DNA of 45,391 nucleotides from an uncultured Deinococcaceae bacterium (GCA_964252075.1 CAXULY010000043.1:1-45391), one strand, 5' to 3'; positions 1 to 10,844 are shown, numbered from the stretch's first letter. Made by a program: numbers and translations. The notes: generated by a model not told the origin, from the sequence alone.

Positions 1-51
1 TGGCAGGACAAGCTCAGCGCCAGCAACGTCAACGTCGGCCCCAACAACTGA
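1..51 (+). CDS. 3' end of an unidentified gene entering the window (...WQDKLSASNVNVGPNN*)
   Basis: Open frame with high-GC third codon positions ending TGA at 49-51, followed by a hairpin. Confidence 0.5.
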   Translation, partial: WQDKLSASNVNVGPNN

Positions 52-67
52 CACCAAATGCACAGAG

Positions 68-95
68 AAGGGGCGCCCACCGCGGGCGCCCCCTT
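68..95. terminator. GC-rich hairpin between convergent genes
   Basis: AAGGGGCGCCC-ACCGC-GGGCGCCCCCTT inverted repeat. Confidence 0.6.
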
Positions 96-168
96 GCTGT
101 TGCAGGACGGATCATGTGAGTGGTCCCCGCCATCCGGACTGGATGGCGGGGGCCACTCTGTGCTCAGC

Positions 169-1452
169 TCAGCCCCTGAAGGTCTCCACGAGCAGGTAGA
201 TGTTCAGGCCGATGATGACCGTCGCGATCAGCCAGCCGAGCACCGTGACGGTGCGTGTGGATGCGAGGGAACCCATTACGTCCTTGCGGGCGGCGAACAG
301 CAGCAGCGGAATCAGCGCGAAGGGAATGCCGAAGGACAACACCACCTGCGACAGGATCAGCGTGCTGGTGGGGTTCAGGCCGAGCAGGATCACCACGAAG
401 GCGGGCAGCATCGTGATGCTGCGGCGCACCCACACGGGGATGCTGAACCCCACGAAACCCTGCATGACCACCTGCCCCGCCATGGTGCCCACCGCGCTGC
501 TCGACAGGCCCGACGCGAGGAGCGCCAGCGCGAACGCCACGGCCGCCGCGCCGCCCAGCAGCGGCGTGAGGGTCTGGTAAGCGACGGTGAGGTCCGCGAC
601 GTCCTTCCGCCCCGTGAAGTGGAAGGTCGCGGCCGCCGCGGAGAGCATCGCGAGGTTGATGAGGCCCGCGATGCCCATCGCGATCAGCACGTCCGTGCGG
701 GAGTACCGCGCCACGCGCCGCTTCTCCTCCTCGCTGCCCACCTTGATGCGGCCCTGCGTGAGCGCGCTGTGCAGGTAAATGACGTGCGGCATGACGGTCG
801 CGCCGATGATGCCCACCGCGAGGTACAGGCTGCCGGAGCCCTCGAACCGCGGCACGAACCCGCCGAGCGCCTCGACGCCCGGGCGGCTGAGGAACAGTTG
901 AATGACGTACGACAGCGCGATCACGCCCACGAAGGCCGTGATGGCGATCTCGATGGGCCGGAACCCCTTGCGCTGCAGGGCCAGCAGGCTGAAGGTCATG
1001 ATGGCGGTCAGCACCGCGCCCCACAGCAGCGGAATGTGGAACAGCAACCCGAAGGCGAGCGCCGCGCCGAGGAACTCCGCGAGGTCCGTCGCCATGGCGA
1101 CCAGTTCCGCCTGCACCCAGTACAGCCAGCGCGCGCGCGGCCAGCGCTCACGGATGATTTCCGGGAGGTTGCGGCCCGTAGCAATGCCAAGTTTCGCGCT
1201 GAGGTTCTGGATGAGCATCGCCATGAGGTTCGCGCCGAGCACCACCCACAGCAGCAGGTACCCGTATTGCGCGCCGCCCTGGATGTTCGTGGCGAAGTTG
1301 CCGGGGTCCATGTACGCCACGGACGCCACGAAGGCCGGCCCGAGGAACGGCGCGAGCCTCGCGAACCCCCGGCGGTCACTGTTCCCCCGCAGGACGGCGG
1401 CGGCGTGCGCGTTCATGCGCGTGTCGAAATCAGGACGGGGGACGCCACTCAT
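169..1452 (-). CDS. mntH: Nramp-family Mn2+/Fe2+ transporter MntH
   Basis: YMDPGN and GATVMPH signature motifs, multiple TM helices; start overlaps the mntR stop (ATGA). Confidence 0.95.
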   Translation of the reverse strand: MSGVPRPDFDTRMNAHAAAVLRGNSDRRGFARLAPFLGPAFVASVAYMDPGNFATNIQGGAQYGYLLLWVVLGANLMAMLIQNLSAKLGIATGRNLPEIIRERWPRARWLYWVQAELVAMATDLAEFLGAALAFGLLFHIPLLWGAVLTAIMTFSLLALQRKGFRPIEIAITAFVGVIALSYVIQLFLSRPGVEALGGFVPRFEGSGSLYLAVGIIGATVMPHVIYLHSALTQGRIKVGSEEEKRRVARYSRTDVLIAMGIAGLINLAMLSAAAATFHFTGRKDVADLTVAYQTLTPLLGGAAAVAFALALLASGLSSSAVGTMAGQVVMQGFVGFSIPVWVRRSITMLPAFVVILLGLNPTSTLILSQVVLSFGIPFALIPLLLFAARKDVMGSLASTRTVTVLGWLIATVIIGLNIYLLVETFRG

Positions 1453-2126
1453 GCGGTCACCTCATCCGTTACGCGCACCTGTGCGGCCACGGCGGACGAC
1501 AGCACCACCTGCTGGTCCGCCTTGAGGGTCACGGTCCCAAGGCCGTCATCGCGCGCGATGACGGTCACGTCAATGCCGGGCGTGAGGCCGCGGTCCAGGA
1601 GGGCGCGGAGCAGCGCCGTGTCGCCCGGCACGCGCACGATGCGGGCGTGCGCGCCGACCGGCAGCGTCGCGAGGGAGCGCTCGTGGCGGCTGGGCAGCAG
1701 CAGGTCGAGGCTGGGGATTGGGTCGCCGTGCGGGTCGAAGCTGGGGTGCCCCAGCCACTCCGCCATGCGGGCCTCCAGCGTCTCACTGATGACGTGCTCG
1801 AGGCGCTCGGCCTCGTCGTGCACCTCGTCGAGCGGGTAGCCGAGTGCGTGGTGAAGGTACGCCTCAATGAGCCGGTGGTGCCGCAGGACTTCCAGCGCCA
1901 CGCGCTCGCCCTCGGGTGTGAGGCGCGCGCCCTGATAGGCGGTGTGCTCCACCAGCCCGAGTTCAAGGAGTTTCTTGAGCATGCCGGTGACGCTCGCGGG
2001 GGTGACGCCGAGCGCGTCCGCGAGGGCCTGGGTGTTCACTTTGCCGCCCTGACCCAGGCTATAGAGCTGCTTGAGGTAGTCCTCGTGGGAACTGGAGAGG
2101 ATGCGCCGTGAATCTGTGCCACTCAT
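1449..2126 (-). CDS. mntR: DtxR/MntR-family metal-dependent repressor with C-terminal FeoA-like domain
   Basis: EDYLK..., [41 protein letters not shown] motifs. Confidence 0.93.
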   Translation of the reverse strand: MSGTDSRRILSSSHEDYLKQLYSLGQGGKVNTQALADALGVTPASVTGMLKKLLELGLVEHTAYQGARLTPEGERVALEVLRHHRLIEAYLHHALGYPLDEVHDEAERLEHVISETLEARMAEWLGHPSFDPHGDPIPSLDLLLPSRHERSLATLPVGAHARIVRVPGDTALLRALLDRGLTPGIDVTVIARDDGLGTVTLKADQQVVLSSAVAAQVRVTDEVTA

Positions 2127-2133
2127 AGCCTGA

Positions 2134-2153
2134 TTTTAGTCTTGCCTAATAAA
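2134..2153. promoter_or_regulatory. Putative MntR operator overlapping the leaderless mntR -10 box
   Basis: TTTTAGTCTTGCCTAATAAA (TTAG-N6-CTAA dyad); on the minus strand TAAAAT lies 6 nt before the ATG. Confidence 0.65.
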
Positions 2154-2876
2154 AAATCAAGGGTCCAATAAACATTTTCTTATCGGTTCGTTGACCTACG
2201 CTGAAGGCGGCCCACACCGGCACCAGTGGTTCGTCCCAGCGACAGCTACGTTTTCCGGACAGTTCAGCCCGAGCCGCGAACCTCGAAGCCTTTGGGTATT
2301 TCAGGTGCAAGGCCAGGCCGAGGGTGCCAGGAAACAGAATGTCCTAGCAAGTCGGGGGCAGTTCACTCTCACTGCACCTGTGGCTGTCCCATCTGGTAAC
2401 GGGGCACCAAACGGAAAACGGCCCCGAAGCGCATACGCCAAAAGGCACGCGCGCAAGCCAACAGGGTGGGGGCGAAAAACAACGGTATCCGTAACCCATC
2501 AATGTTGAGGAACGCCTCTCGGTTCACGACTACAGATGGGCGCAGAGTTGCGGGCGGGCGAAACCCTTCAAAGACCAGCAACCGGCGAATAACCGTAGTT
2601 CCTATGGCCTCGGGCTGTGCGGTCCTTTAGTTGCCTCCCCTACCCCTGGCTTCCGAGAACAAAGACAGTGAAGACATGCGGACGGTGCTGTGCTGCATGC
2701 GCTCTGAATGCAGCGAGCAACACCAGCAGCAGTAAGAGAAATGGGAACCATGGGGTCCGACAGGGAGGTCCACTGGCGCTTGAGACGAAACTCTGGCCAG
2801 CCATACTCCCCTACTGGGGTGGCACACCACCACAACACAAGTGGCTCGCCTACAGCGCGGCATTCGGTGCGGCCCG

Positions 2877-4310
2877 TCATGCGCCTCCGCTGCCCTCCCG
2901 TTGGCGCCGCAGGGCGACATACGCAGCGGAGAAGGCCGCTCGGGTGTCGGGCGGTATGCCGTCCGGGCGCGGTTCGATCAACGTGGCGCGGGCGGGCGCG
3001 GGCGCGGCGGGTGGTGGCTCACCGACGGCGCGCGCGGCGAGCGTCGCGGCGCCCAGAACGGACGCGGCGGGAGCGTCCACAGGCGCAAGGGGGCGCGCCA
3101 GGGCGTCCGTGAGGAGTTGCCGCCACCAGGGGTGAAGGGAGCCACCACCCGCGAGCCGCACGGTGCGGCCATGCGTGTCCGGCAGGACGGAGGCCGCCTC
3201 GGCGATGCCGAGCGCCACGCCCTCGAACGCGGCGCGCGCGAGGTGCCGAGCGTCATGCTCCAGGCCGGCGTTCACCCAGCCGCCGCGCGCGCGAGGGTCC
3301 ATGTGCGGCGTGCGTTCCCCCGTGAGGTGCGGGAGGAACACCAGGCCGAGCGCGCCCGCTGGCGCGTCCTGCGCGAGCGCGTAGAACTCCTCCCAGCTCA
3401 GGCGCAGCGCGCGCCGCGCCCACTCCAGCGCCAGCCCGGCGTTCTGCACGGCGGCGAGGGTGTACCAGCCGCGCGCGCGGGTGTCGCGGAACACGTGCAG
3501 CGCCGCGCGCGCGTCGGGCAGCGCGTCGTGGCGAATCACGAGTTGCGCGCCGGAACCCACCGTGAGCTGCACCTGCCCGGACGGGAGGCCCGTCCCGAGC
3601 AGGGCGCACGCGGTGTCCGCGCCGCCCGCCGCGACGGGCAGGTGGGGTGGGAGGCCCAGTTCGCGCGCCACGTCGGAACGCAGGGCGCCCGCGGGCGCGC
3701 CCGAGGGAACGAGCGGCGCGAGCAGCGCCGCATTCAGTCCCAGGTCGCCCGCGAGGGCGCGGTTCCAGTCGTCGCGCGTGAGGTCGTACAGCAGGGTGCC
3801 GGAGGCGTCGCTGGGTTCGGCGTGCGCCTCGCCCGTCAGGTGCAGGCGCAGCCAGTCCTTGGGTTGCAGCGCGAGAACCGCCTCGCGGTACGCGGCGGGC
3901 TCATGGTCGCGCAGCCACAGCAGGGTCGGCCCGGCCATCCCGACCGTGATGGGGTTCCGCAGCGCCCGCCGCGCGCCTTCCGGCAGCGCGTGATACGCGC
4001 GGAGTTCCTGCATGGCGCGCGCGTCCGCCCACAGCACCGCGGGACGCACGACCCGACCGCTCGGTCCGCACAGCACGACGCCGTGCATCTGCCCGGACAG
4101 GCCGACGGCGCGCACGGCACCCCCGTCCGGTCCTATGGCCTCGTGCGCGGCACGCACGGTGCTTGCCCACCACACGTCCGGGTCGGTCTCGGCCCAACCG
4201 GCGTGCGGGGCGAGCACCAGATATGGGGCGCTCGCCTCGCGCAGCAGGCGGCCGTCCGCGTACAGGGCGGCCTTCACGCTCCCGGTGCCGAGGTCAAGGC
4301 CCAGGTACAT
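2877..4310 (-). CDS. xylB: Xylulokinase (FGGY carbohydrate kinase)
   Basis: LGLDLGTGSVK, GLSGQMHG, SDASGT, PHLTGERTP motifs. Confidence 0.85.
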   Translation of the reverse strand: MYLGLDLGTGSVKAALYADGRLLREASAPYLVLAPHAGWAETDPDVWWASTVRAAHEAIGPDGGAVRAVGLSGQMHGVVLCGPSGRVVRPAVLWADARAMQELRAYHALPEGARRALRNPITVGMAGPTLLWLRDHEPAAYREAVLALQPKDWLRLHLTGEAHAEPSDASGTLLYDLTRDDWNRALAGDLGLNAALLAPLVPSGAPAGALRSDVARELGLPPHLPVAAGGADTACALLGTGLPSGQVQLTVGSGAQLVIRHDALPDARAALHVFRDTRARGWYTLAAVQNAGLALEWARRALRLSWEEFYALAQDAPAGALGLVFLPHLTGERTPHMDPRARGGWVNAGLEHDARHLARAAFEGVALGIAEAASVLPDTHGRTVRLAGGGSLHPWWRQLLTDALARPLAPVDAPAASVLGAATLAARAVGEPPPAAPAPARATLIEPRPDGIPPDTRAAFSAAYVALRRQREGSGGA

Positions 4311-5074
4311 CAGGTCGCCCTGCTCGCCTGAAGCCGGACATCGCGCCCGGCCTCAGAGGTCGCTTCGTGTCCACCGGAGGGGATGCTGGGATTGTTCGCG
4401 CGTGGGGTGAAGTGCACCCTGGGAACTCCTGTGAGGACGGGACGCACCGCCTGCCTGTTCCACGGGTGGAGAGCATGGTCCGTCATCGCAGACATCCACC
4501 CAGACCTTACACCCCAGGAGGAGGCGCCCGCGTGAAGCCGATTCCCGCGGCGGTGGAACTGCGGATGCCAGGCACAACGAGTCCAGTGGTGCGCCTGAAG
4601 GCCCAGGGACCCAGCGCGCCGGATGGCGTCCTCAGTTGCATGGAGACGGGCGGCCTCGCCGCGCGGTATGCGGGAGCGTCATTCTGCCTGTCCACGATGC
4701 ACGGCCGTCAAACGACAGCAGGACAGCCGTGCCGGCCGCGCTCCGACTCCATACACAGCTGTGAAACAGGGCGTTGCGCTGTACGGAAGTCCCGTGAATC
4801 TCGCGAGCCGAGGCGGCAACATCCGTCTGTGTGACGACCAAGTTGCCGCTCATGACAGCGACTCCATCACGGCTGAAGCCGTCCCTCAGGTCCACGGCCC
4901 TGCGGAATCTGATCGATGGTGCGGGTCTTAAAGGTGTTCAGGTTGATCCTGCGGGCGTCCAGGTTGTCGGTGGTGATGGGTGGCGCGCCAGCCTGTGTTC
5001 CCTGCATACGTCCGGCCTGCTGTGGGCTTGTAAGAGAGCAGACACCCCGCGTGCGGCAGCATGGGAGGCGCACC

Positions 5075-7444
5075 ATGCCGCTCCACCTCCCACGTGCACC
5101 CCGTCACCTGCCGCGCTTTGATCGGCTGGCACTCGCCGCACTGGTCCTCACGGTCCTCGCGCACGTGGCGTTCACGCTGCTTCCGCACCGTTCGGACGCG
5201 CTGCGGGCGTGGGGCGGGAACCTCTTCTTCTTTCCGGTGTTCGCGTTGAGCGCCGCGCTGGCGCTGCGCGCCGCGGCACGTGACCGCGCGCGGCGGGCCT
5301 CCTGGATGTGGTTCGGGCTGGGGCAGCTCGGCTGGCTGATCGGGCAGGGCATTTATTCGTCCCTGCAGCTTCTGGAGCACGTCCAGCCGTACCCGTCCCT
5401 CGCGGATGCGTTCTACCTGACGCTCATTCCGTGCTTCATCGCGGGCCTGCTCCTCCTGAACCGCGCGCCCATCCCACGCGCGCAGCGGCCCATCCTGACG
5501 CTCGACACGCTCATCATCGTGTGCGCCCTGGCGGGCGCGTACTGGACGGTGGCCATCGCGCAGAGCGTGCAGGACAACCACGGCAGCCGCTTCGCGCTCG
5601 CCGTGGGCCTCGCGTACCCCCTTGCGGACCTGCTGATGATCGCGCTGCTGGTGGTGCTGTGCGTGTGGCGCCCCGCGCAGTTCGCCGCGCCGAACACCCT
5701 CGCCCTCACGGGCGGGCTGGTGTTCTTCCTGCTGGCGGACGTCCTGTACCAGATCAGCACCACGGCGGGCACCTACGCCATCGCGCACCCGATGGACACC
5801 CTGTGGACCATCGGGGCGGCCTTGTTCGGGGCGGCCACGGCGCTCAGGGGCGCGCAGCCCGCACCCGACCCCACGCGCCCTGCGCCGCTGGTGCGGGCGT
5901 GGCTGCGCTGCGCGGAGGCCAGCCAGCTGGCCCTCCCCTACGCGGCGCTGCTGATGATGCTGGTGCTGGCCCTCACGCATTACCGGGACACCAGCAGCGT
6001 CGGGCAGGGCATCACGCTCGTCACGTTCCTGGTCGTGGCGCTCTCCTCGGGTCGGCAGCTGCTGACGCAGCACGCCGCGCGGCGCCTGCAGCGCCACCTG
6101 GACGTGCAGGCGAAGCACGACCCGCTGACCGGGCTGGTGAACCGCGCGCACCTCATGCAGCGCCTTCAGGGCGCCATCACGCACGCCGCGCACAGCGCGC
6201 AACTGGTGGCGGTGCTGTTCGTGGACCTGGACCGCTTCAAGTCCGTGAACGACACCTACGGGCACGCGGCGGGCGACGCGCTGCTGCGGGACGTGGCAGC
6301 GCGCCTGCAGGACGCCGTGCGCGACCGCGACATCGTCGCCCGGCAGGGCGGCGATGAGTTCGTGGTGGTCCTCACGGGCATCGAGGCGTCAGAGGTGACG
6401 GACCGCGTGGCGCAGCGGCTGCTGCGCGACCTCAGCGCGCCCTTCACGGTCTCGGGTGACTCGGTGTCCATCTCCGCGAGCATCGGCATCACGCTGTGTC
6501 CCACGGAGGCCAGCACCGCCTCCGACGCGCTGAAGAACGCCGACGCCGCGATGTACGAGGCGAAGCGGCGCGGTCGGAACACCGCGCAGTTCTACGACCC
6601 CGCCACGCAGCGCCGCGCGACGGAGGCGCACCGCATCGCGCTGCACCTGAGTGGCGCGATCGAGCGGGGGGAGCTGAGCGTACAGTACCAGCCGCTCGTG
6701 ACGCTCACCACGGGGAGACCCCACGCGGCGGAGGCGCTGCTGCGCTGGCACTCCCCCGTCCTGGGCGCGGTGTCGCCCGCGGTGTTCATTCCCATCGCCG
6801 AGCAGCGCGGCCTGATCGCGGGGATCGGCAGCTGGGTGCTGGAGCGCGCGGCGCGGCAGGTGAGTGAATGGCGCGCCGCGGGCCACCCCGACTTCGCGGT
6901 CACCGTGAATGTCTCGCCCGTCCAGTTCGAGCAGGACGGCTTCGTGGAGGAGGTACGCGGCGTGCTCGCGCGCTGCGGCCTGCCGGGCTCGGCGCTCACG
7001 CTGGAACTGACGGAGGGCGCGCTCCTCAAGGACATCGAGGCGTCGAAGGACAAGCTGGGGCAGGTGCGGGCGCTGGGCGTGCGGGTGGCCCTTGATGACT
7101 TCGGCACGGGGTACTCCAGCCTCGCGTACCTCCGGCAGCTGCCGGTGGACATCGTGAAGATCGACCGGTCGTTCGTGTGGGCGATGGAGCAGGAAGGCCC
7201 GACCTTCGTGGAAGCCATCGTGCGCATCGCGCACCACCTGGGCCTGCGGACCGTGGCGGAGGGCGTGGAGACGGAAGCGCAGCGCGCACACCTGCTGGAC
7301 CTCGCGTGCCCTTCCGGCCAGGGGTACCTGTTCTCCGCGCCCGTGCGCCCCGAGGTGCTCCTCGCGCTGCTGCATCAGGGCGGACAGGAGGGTCGGGACG
7401 AGCCGCCCATGCGTGGTGCGCACCCCAGGGCGCGCGACGCGTGA
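5075..7444 (+). CDS. Membrane-anchored diguanylate cyclase/phosphodiesterase (GGDEF-EAL)
   Basis: N-terminal multi-TM region; DPLTGL, DLDRFK, RDRD I-site, GGDEF; EALLR, DDFGTGYSSL, AEGVE; GGGAGG RBS before ATG 5075. Confidence 0.9.
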   Translation: MPLHLPRAPRHLPRFDRLALAALVLTVLAHVAFTLLPHRSDALRAWGGNLFFFPVFALSAALALRAAARDRARRASWMWFGLGQLGWLIGQGIYSSLQLLEHVQPYPSLADAFYLTLIPCFIAGLLLLNRAPIPRAQRPILTLDTLIIVCALAGAYWTVAIAQSVQDNHGSRFALAVGLAYPLADLLMIALLVVLCVWRPAQFAAPNTLALTGGLVFFLLADVLYQISTTAGTYAIAHPMDTLWTIGAALFGAATALRGAQPAPDPTRPAPLVRAWLRCAEASQLALPYAALLMMLVLALTHYRDTSSVGQGITLVTFLVVALSSGRQLLTQHAARRLQRHLDVQAKHDPLTGLVNRAHLMQRLQGAITHAAHSAQLVAVLFVDLDRFKSVNDTYGHAAGDALLRDVAARLQDAVRDRDIVARQGGDEFVVVLTGIEASEVTDRVAQRLLRDLSAPFTVSGDSVSISASIGITLCPTEASTASDALKNADAAMYEAKRRGRNTAQFYDPATQRRATEAHRIALHLSGAIERGELSVQYQPLVTLTTGRPHAAEALLRWHSPVLGAVSPAVFIPIAEQRGLIAGIGSWVLERAARQVSEWRAAGHPDFAVTVNVSPVQFEQDGFVEEVRGVLARCGLPGSALTLELTEGALLKDIEASKDKLGQVRALGVRVALDDFGTGYSSLAYLRQLPVDIVKIDRSFVWAMEQEGPTFVEAIVRIAHHLGLRTVAEGVETEAQRAHLLDLACPSGQGYLFSAPVRPEVLLALLHQGGQEGRDEPPMRGAHPRARDA

Positions 7445-7543
7445 GGCGCACGGTCGCGGCCGCCCGGTTCATCAAGGGAGTCCGAAACCCGGGGGCTGAT
7501 ACCACGCCGCGCCACTGCGTACGCTGGCTGGTGGAGGCAACCC

Positions 7544-7897
7544 ATGACCCGTGCCCTGCCACTGGCCCTGCTGATGAGCTCAATGGCCCTCGCACAAACC
7601 ACCACGGGCGTGGCGCGGGCCCCCGCGAACGCCGTTTCCCTCACGGACACGGGCGCCACGCGCACCTACGCCTGCGAGAACCGCAGCGTGATCATCGCGG
7701 GCAGCGGCAGCACCTTCACGCTCAGCGGGCAGTGCGACTTCATCAACGTTACGGGCAGCCACAACACCATCACCGTGAATGAGGTGCGCGTCCTGCAGGT
7801 ACTGGGCGACGACAACCACATCACGTGGACGAAACGCCCGCGCTACACCTTCATCAACGCCCGCACCAGCGGGAACACCGTCACGCCCGCCCCCTGA
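7544..7897 (+). CDS. Secreted DUF3060-like beta-repeat protein
   Basis: Signal peptide, repeated (I/V)xGxxNx(I/V) units with two Cys; GGAGG RBS. Confidence 0.7.
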   Translation: MTRALPLALLMSSMALAQTTTGVARAPANAVSLTDTGATRTYACENRSVIIAGSGSTFTLSGQCDFINVTGSHNTITVNEVRVLQVLGDDNHITWTKRPRYTFINARTSGNTVTPAP

Positions 7898-7983
7898 CGC
7901 ACACCCGGCGCGCCCAACCAAACCTCCGGACCCGTTGACGCGCCGCTCATGACGGGCGCCGCCCCAGACGCCTATAAGGGACC

Positions 7984-8688
7984 ATGGCGCCGTGGCTCCT
8001 GCTCATCGAGGACAACGAGGACATCGCGCGCGTCATGCAGATGGACCTCGGCGACGCGGGCTTCGAGGTGCTGCACGCCCCGCTGGGCGCGGCCGGGGTG
8101 CGCCTCGCGCAACGGCACCCCTTCGACCTCGTCCTGCTGGACCTCACGCTGCCTGACCTGGACGGGCAGGACGTCATCCGGCAGCTGCGTGAAACCAGCG
8201 GCGTGCCGATCATCGTGCTGACCGCGCGCGACGCCGTGCACGAGAAGGTGCACCTGCTTGACCTGGGCGCCGACGACTACCTCACCAAACCCTGCCACCC
8301 GGACGAACTGCTCGCCCGCATTCAGGTGCAGTTGCGTCAGCGCGCCAGCGAAACCCTCACGTTGGGCGCCCTGCAGCTGGAGGTGCAGCGGCGCGCCGCG
8401 CGCTACGCGGGCGCGGCCCTGCACCTGACCTCCACGGAATTCGAGCTGCTGGTGGCGCTGGCGCGCCAGGCGGGCGCGGTGGTGACGCGCGAGGCGCTGC
8501 TGGACGCCGGGTGGGCGGGGCTCGTGCCGGACGGCCGCAACATACTGGAGGTGCACCTCTCGAACCTGCGCGGCAAACTCCGGCGGCACGGCGCGGGCGG
8601 ACTCGTGCGGACCGTGCGCGGCGTCGGGTACGTGCTGACTGATGAGCCGGACGATCGCAGCACTGAGGGTGAGCAAGATGCGCAGTGA
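7984..8688 (+). CDS. OmpR-family response regulator, DrRRA-like paralogue
   Basis: IEDN, LLDLTLPDLDG, LTARD, GADDYLTKP; winged helix with RTVRGVGY. Confidence 0.9.
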   Translation: MAPWLLLIEDNEDIARVMQMDLGDAGFEVLHAPLGAAGVRLAQRHPFDLVLLDLTLPDLDGQDVIRQLRETSGVPIIVLTARDAVHEKVHLLDLGADDYLTKPCHPDELLARIQVQLRQRASETLTLGALQLEVQRRAARYAGAALHLTSTEFELLVALARQAGAVVTREALLDAGWAGLVPDGRNILEVHLSNLRGKLRRHGAGGLVRTVRGVGYVLTDEPDDRSTEGEQDAQ

Positions 8689-9072
8689 GGGAGAGCGCAG
8701 GGGCCGACCTTCAGGTTGCAGGCGTGGAGGCAGCCCGCATCCGCATTCACGCCTTTCGCGGCGCCGATGATCACGCCCCGTCTTCCCCCGCGAGTTCCCC
8801 CTGGAGTTGATTGTGGCGCACGGCGCGCCTCCTGACCTCCCCCTGCTCTGGGCACGGCAGGTCCTTGCAGCCATTCGTTCGTCCATGCGTGTGTAAAGGC
8901 CCAACTCACGCTCCAGGTTGGCCCCCTTCTCGCAGGGACCGCGCCTTAAGGTCGACCCTGACCTGGGCATCCGAGGCGGACACAGTTCGGTCAGAGAATC
9001 CGCTGGCGCAGCTGGTCCCAGCCCTCAAGGGGGCGGGAAGGGTCTGCTGGTCCGGTGCCCCTGCCCGGGTGG

Positions 9073-9840
9073 TCAGTAGACGGTGTACCCGCCGTCCATC
9101 ACCAGCACGGAGCCCGTCATGAACGAGGACGCGTCGCTGGCGAGGAAGACGATGGCGGGCCCGAGTTCCTCCGGGAGGCCGTAGCGTTGCTGCGGGGCGT
9201 CCTCAATCCAGTGGCGTCGGTACTGCGGTTCGTCCACGGGCGCCATGTCGGTCTTGATGTAGCCGGGTGCAAGGGCGTTCACGCGCACGCCCATCGGCGC
9301 CCACTCCGCCGCGAGGCTGCGCGTGAGCTGGTGCACCGCCGCTTTGGAGGCGTTGTACGCGGGCTGCCACTGCGGGCGGTTCACGATCTGCGCGGAGATC
9401 GAGCCGATGTTCACGATGGTGCCGCTGCCGCGCGCCGTCATGTGCCGACCGAACGCCTGCGACGCGACCCACAGCGCGTCGAGGTTCACGTCCATCACCT
9501 GCCGCCACTCGTCGTCCGTGACGTCCAGCGCGGGCCGGTGGATGCATGCGCCCGCGTTGTTCACGAGGATGTCCACGTGGCCGAAGCGCGCCACGGACTC
9601 CACGAGCGTCCGCTCGACTTCCGCGCGGACGGTGACGTCCGCAATCACCGTGAGCGCCTCGCGGCCCAGCGCGGTGAGTTCGCGTTCCACGTCCGCGGCG
9701 GCCTGCGCGTCGCGGCCCACGATGACGATGTTCGCGCCCGCCTCCGCGAGGGCGCGCGCGAAGGCGCGGCCCAGGCCGCGCGTGGCGCCCGTGACGACCG
9801 CCGTGCGGTTCGTCAGGTCGAACTTCTGCATGACGCTCAC
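9073..9840 (-). CDS. SDR-family oxidoreductase (polyol/sugar dehydrogenase-like)
   Basis: TGATRGLG, NNAG, YNASK; the NRPQ motif is typical of polyol/sorbose reductase-like SDRs; start could be ATG 9831. Confidence 0.85.
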   Translation of the reverse strand: MSVMQKFDLTNRTAVVTGATRGLGRAFARALAEAGANIVIVGRDAQAAADVERELTALGREALTVIADVTVRAEVERTLVESVARFGHVDILVNNAGACIHRPALDVTDDEWRQVMDVNLDALWVASQAFGRHMTARGSGTIVNIGSISAQIVNRPQWQPAYNASKAAVHQLTRSLAAEWAPMGVRVNALAPGYIKTDMAPVDEPQYRRHWIEDAPQQRYGLPEELGPAIVFLASDASSFMTGSVLVMDGGYTVY

Positions 9841-9986
9841 CCCCGCGCGCTCCGGTCGGTCGGGTGGTGTGGGTTGCCTCGGGGGCGCCAGCGCAGGTCA
9901 ACGGGGGGCATGGCTCAACTCTAAGTCATGGCGGGCGCGTGGGCGGGTCTCCGGGGCGGGCGCGCCCGCCGTTCTATAGTCCAGCC

Positions 9987-10844
9987 ATGGATGGTTCGGC
10001 TCACCTTCACGCGCAGTTGCGGCGGGCGCTGGAGCGTCATGACCCAGAGGCGTTCCTCGACCTGATCTCGGAGGGCCTTCCGGGCGCGCCGGGCAACGCC
10101 ACCCGCAAGAATTACCTCAGCAGCCTGCGCACGTACCTGCGCTGGACGGACGCGGAGCAGCGCAGCGTCCTGAACGCCAGCGCGGACGACGCGCGCGCTT
10201 ACCTGACGGTGCTGCTCCTGAAGCACGCGCACGCCCCCGCCACCATTCACAATCACCTGACGCGCGTGCGCACCCTGTACGACCTGCTGCACCAGGGGGG
10301 CGCGCACGCCGGACCGAACCCCTTCGCGGGGCTGAAGTTGCCCAGCAACAAACCTGAGGAGCACCGGGACCTGTACAGTGACGCGGAGGTGCAGCGCCTG
10401 CTCGCGCACGCGGACGTGGAGGGCCGCGCGCTGGTGCTGCTGGGCGCGCACGCCGGGCTGACCGGGCCGGAGACCGTGACGCTGAAGTGGGAGGACGTGG
10501 ACACGCAGGCGGGGCAGCTGGTCGTCGCGGGCCGGCACGTGGAGGCCAGCCAGGAGCTGCATGAGGCGCTGCGTGCGTACGGGCGGACGCAGGGGCACAC
10601 GGACCTCTTCGCGGCGCAGGGCCGCGCCTTCACGTACCCGACGGATCACCAGTTGCGCGCCGCCATCTACGCGCTGTGCCAGCGCGCGAACGTGCCGTAC
10701 CGCGCGTGGCGCGCGCTGCGCAACGCGGCGGGCTTGCGGCTGCTGCGCCTGACAGGCGACGCGCAACTCGTCGCGGACCGCCTGGGCCTCACGACGCTCA
10801 AGGCGGTGGAGCCCCTGCAGAAAATCAACAAAGCCCAGCCCTGA
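9987..10844 (+). CDS. Tyrosine recombinase-like protein with degenerate catalytic residues
   Basis: SAM-like N-domain (NATRKNYLSSLRTYL), APATIHNHL, LYSDAEVQRLL, LGAHAGL, LKWEDVD; TATAGT 6 nt before ATG. Confidence 0.8.
   Translation: MDGSAHLHAQLRRALERHDPEAFLDLISEGLPGAPGNATRKNYLSSLRTYLRWTDAEQRSVLNASADDARAYLTVLLLKHAHAPATIHNHLTRVRTLYDLLHQGGAHAGPNPFAGLKLPSNKPEEHRDLYSDAEVQRLLAHADVEGRALVLLGAHAGLTGPETVTLKWEDVDTQAGQLVVAGRHVEASQELHEALRAYGRTQGHTDLFAAQGRAFTYPTDHQLRAAIYALCQRANVPYRAWRALRNAAGLRLLRLTGDAQLVADRLGLTTLKAVEPLQKINKAQP

Noticed and set aside
58..1839. Long ORFs antisense to real genes (e.g. 58-1839, 22164-25742, 27188-29407, 34536-37772)
   Set aside because: Shadow ORFs caused by high GC; the opposite strand holds recognisable conserved proteins
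4730..4860. c-di-GMP riboswitch upstream of the GGDEF-EAL gene
   Set aside because: Only a short inverted repeat (GCGGCAAC...GTTGCCGC); class I/II consensus elements not found by eye; an Rfam scan would settle it
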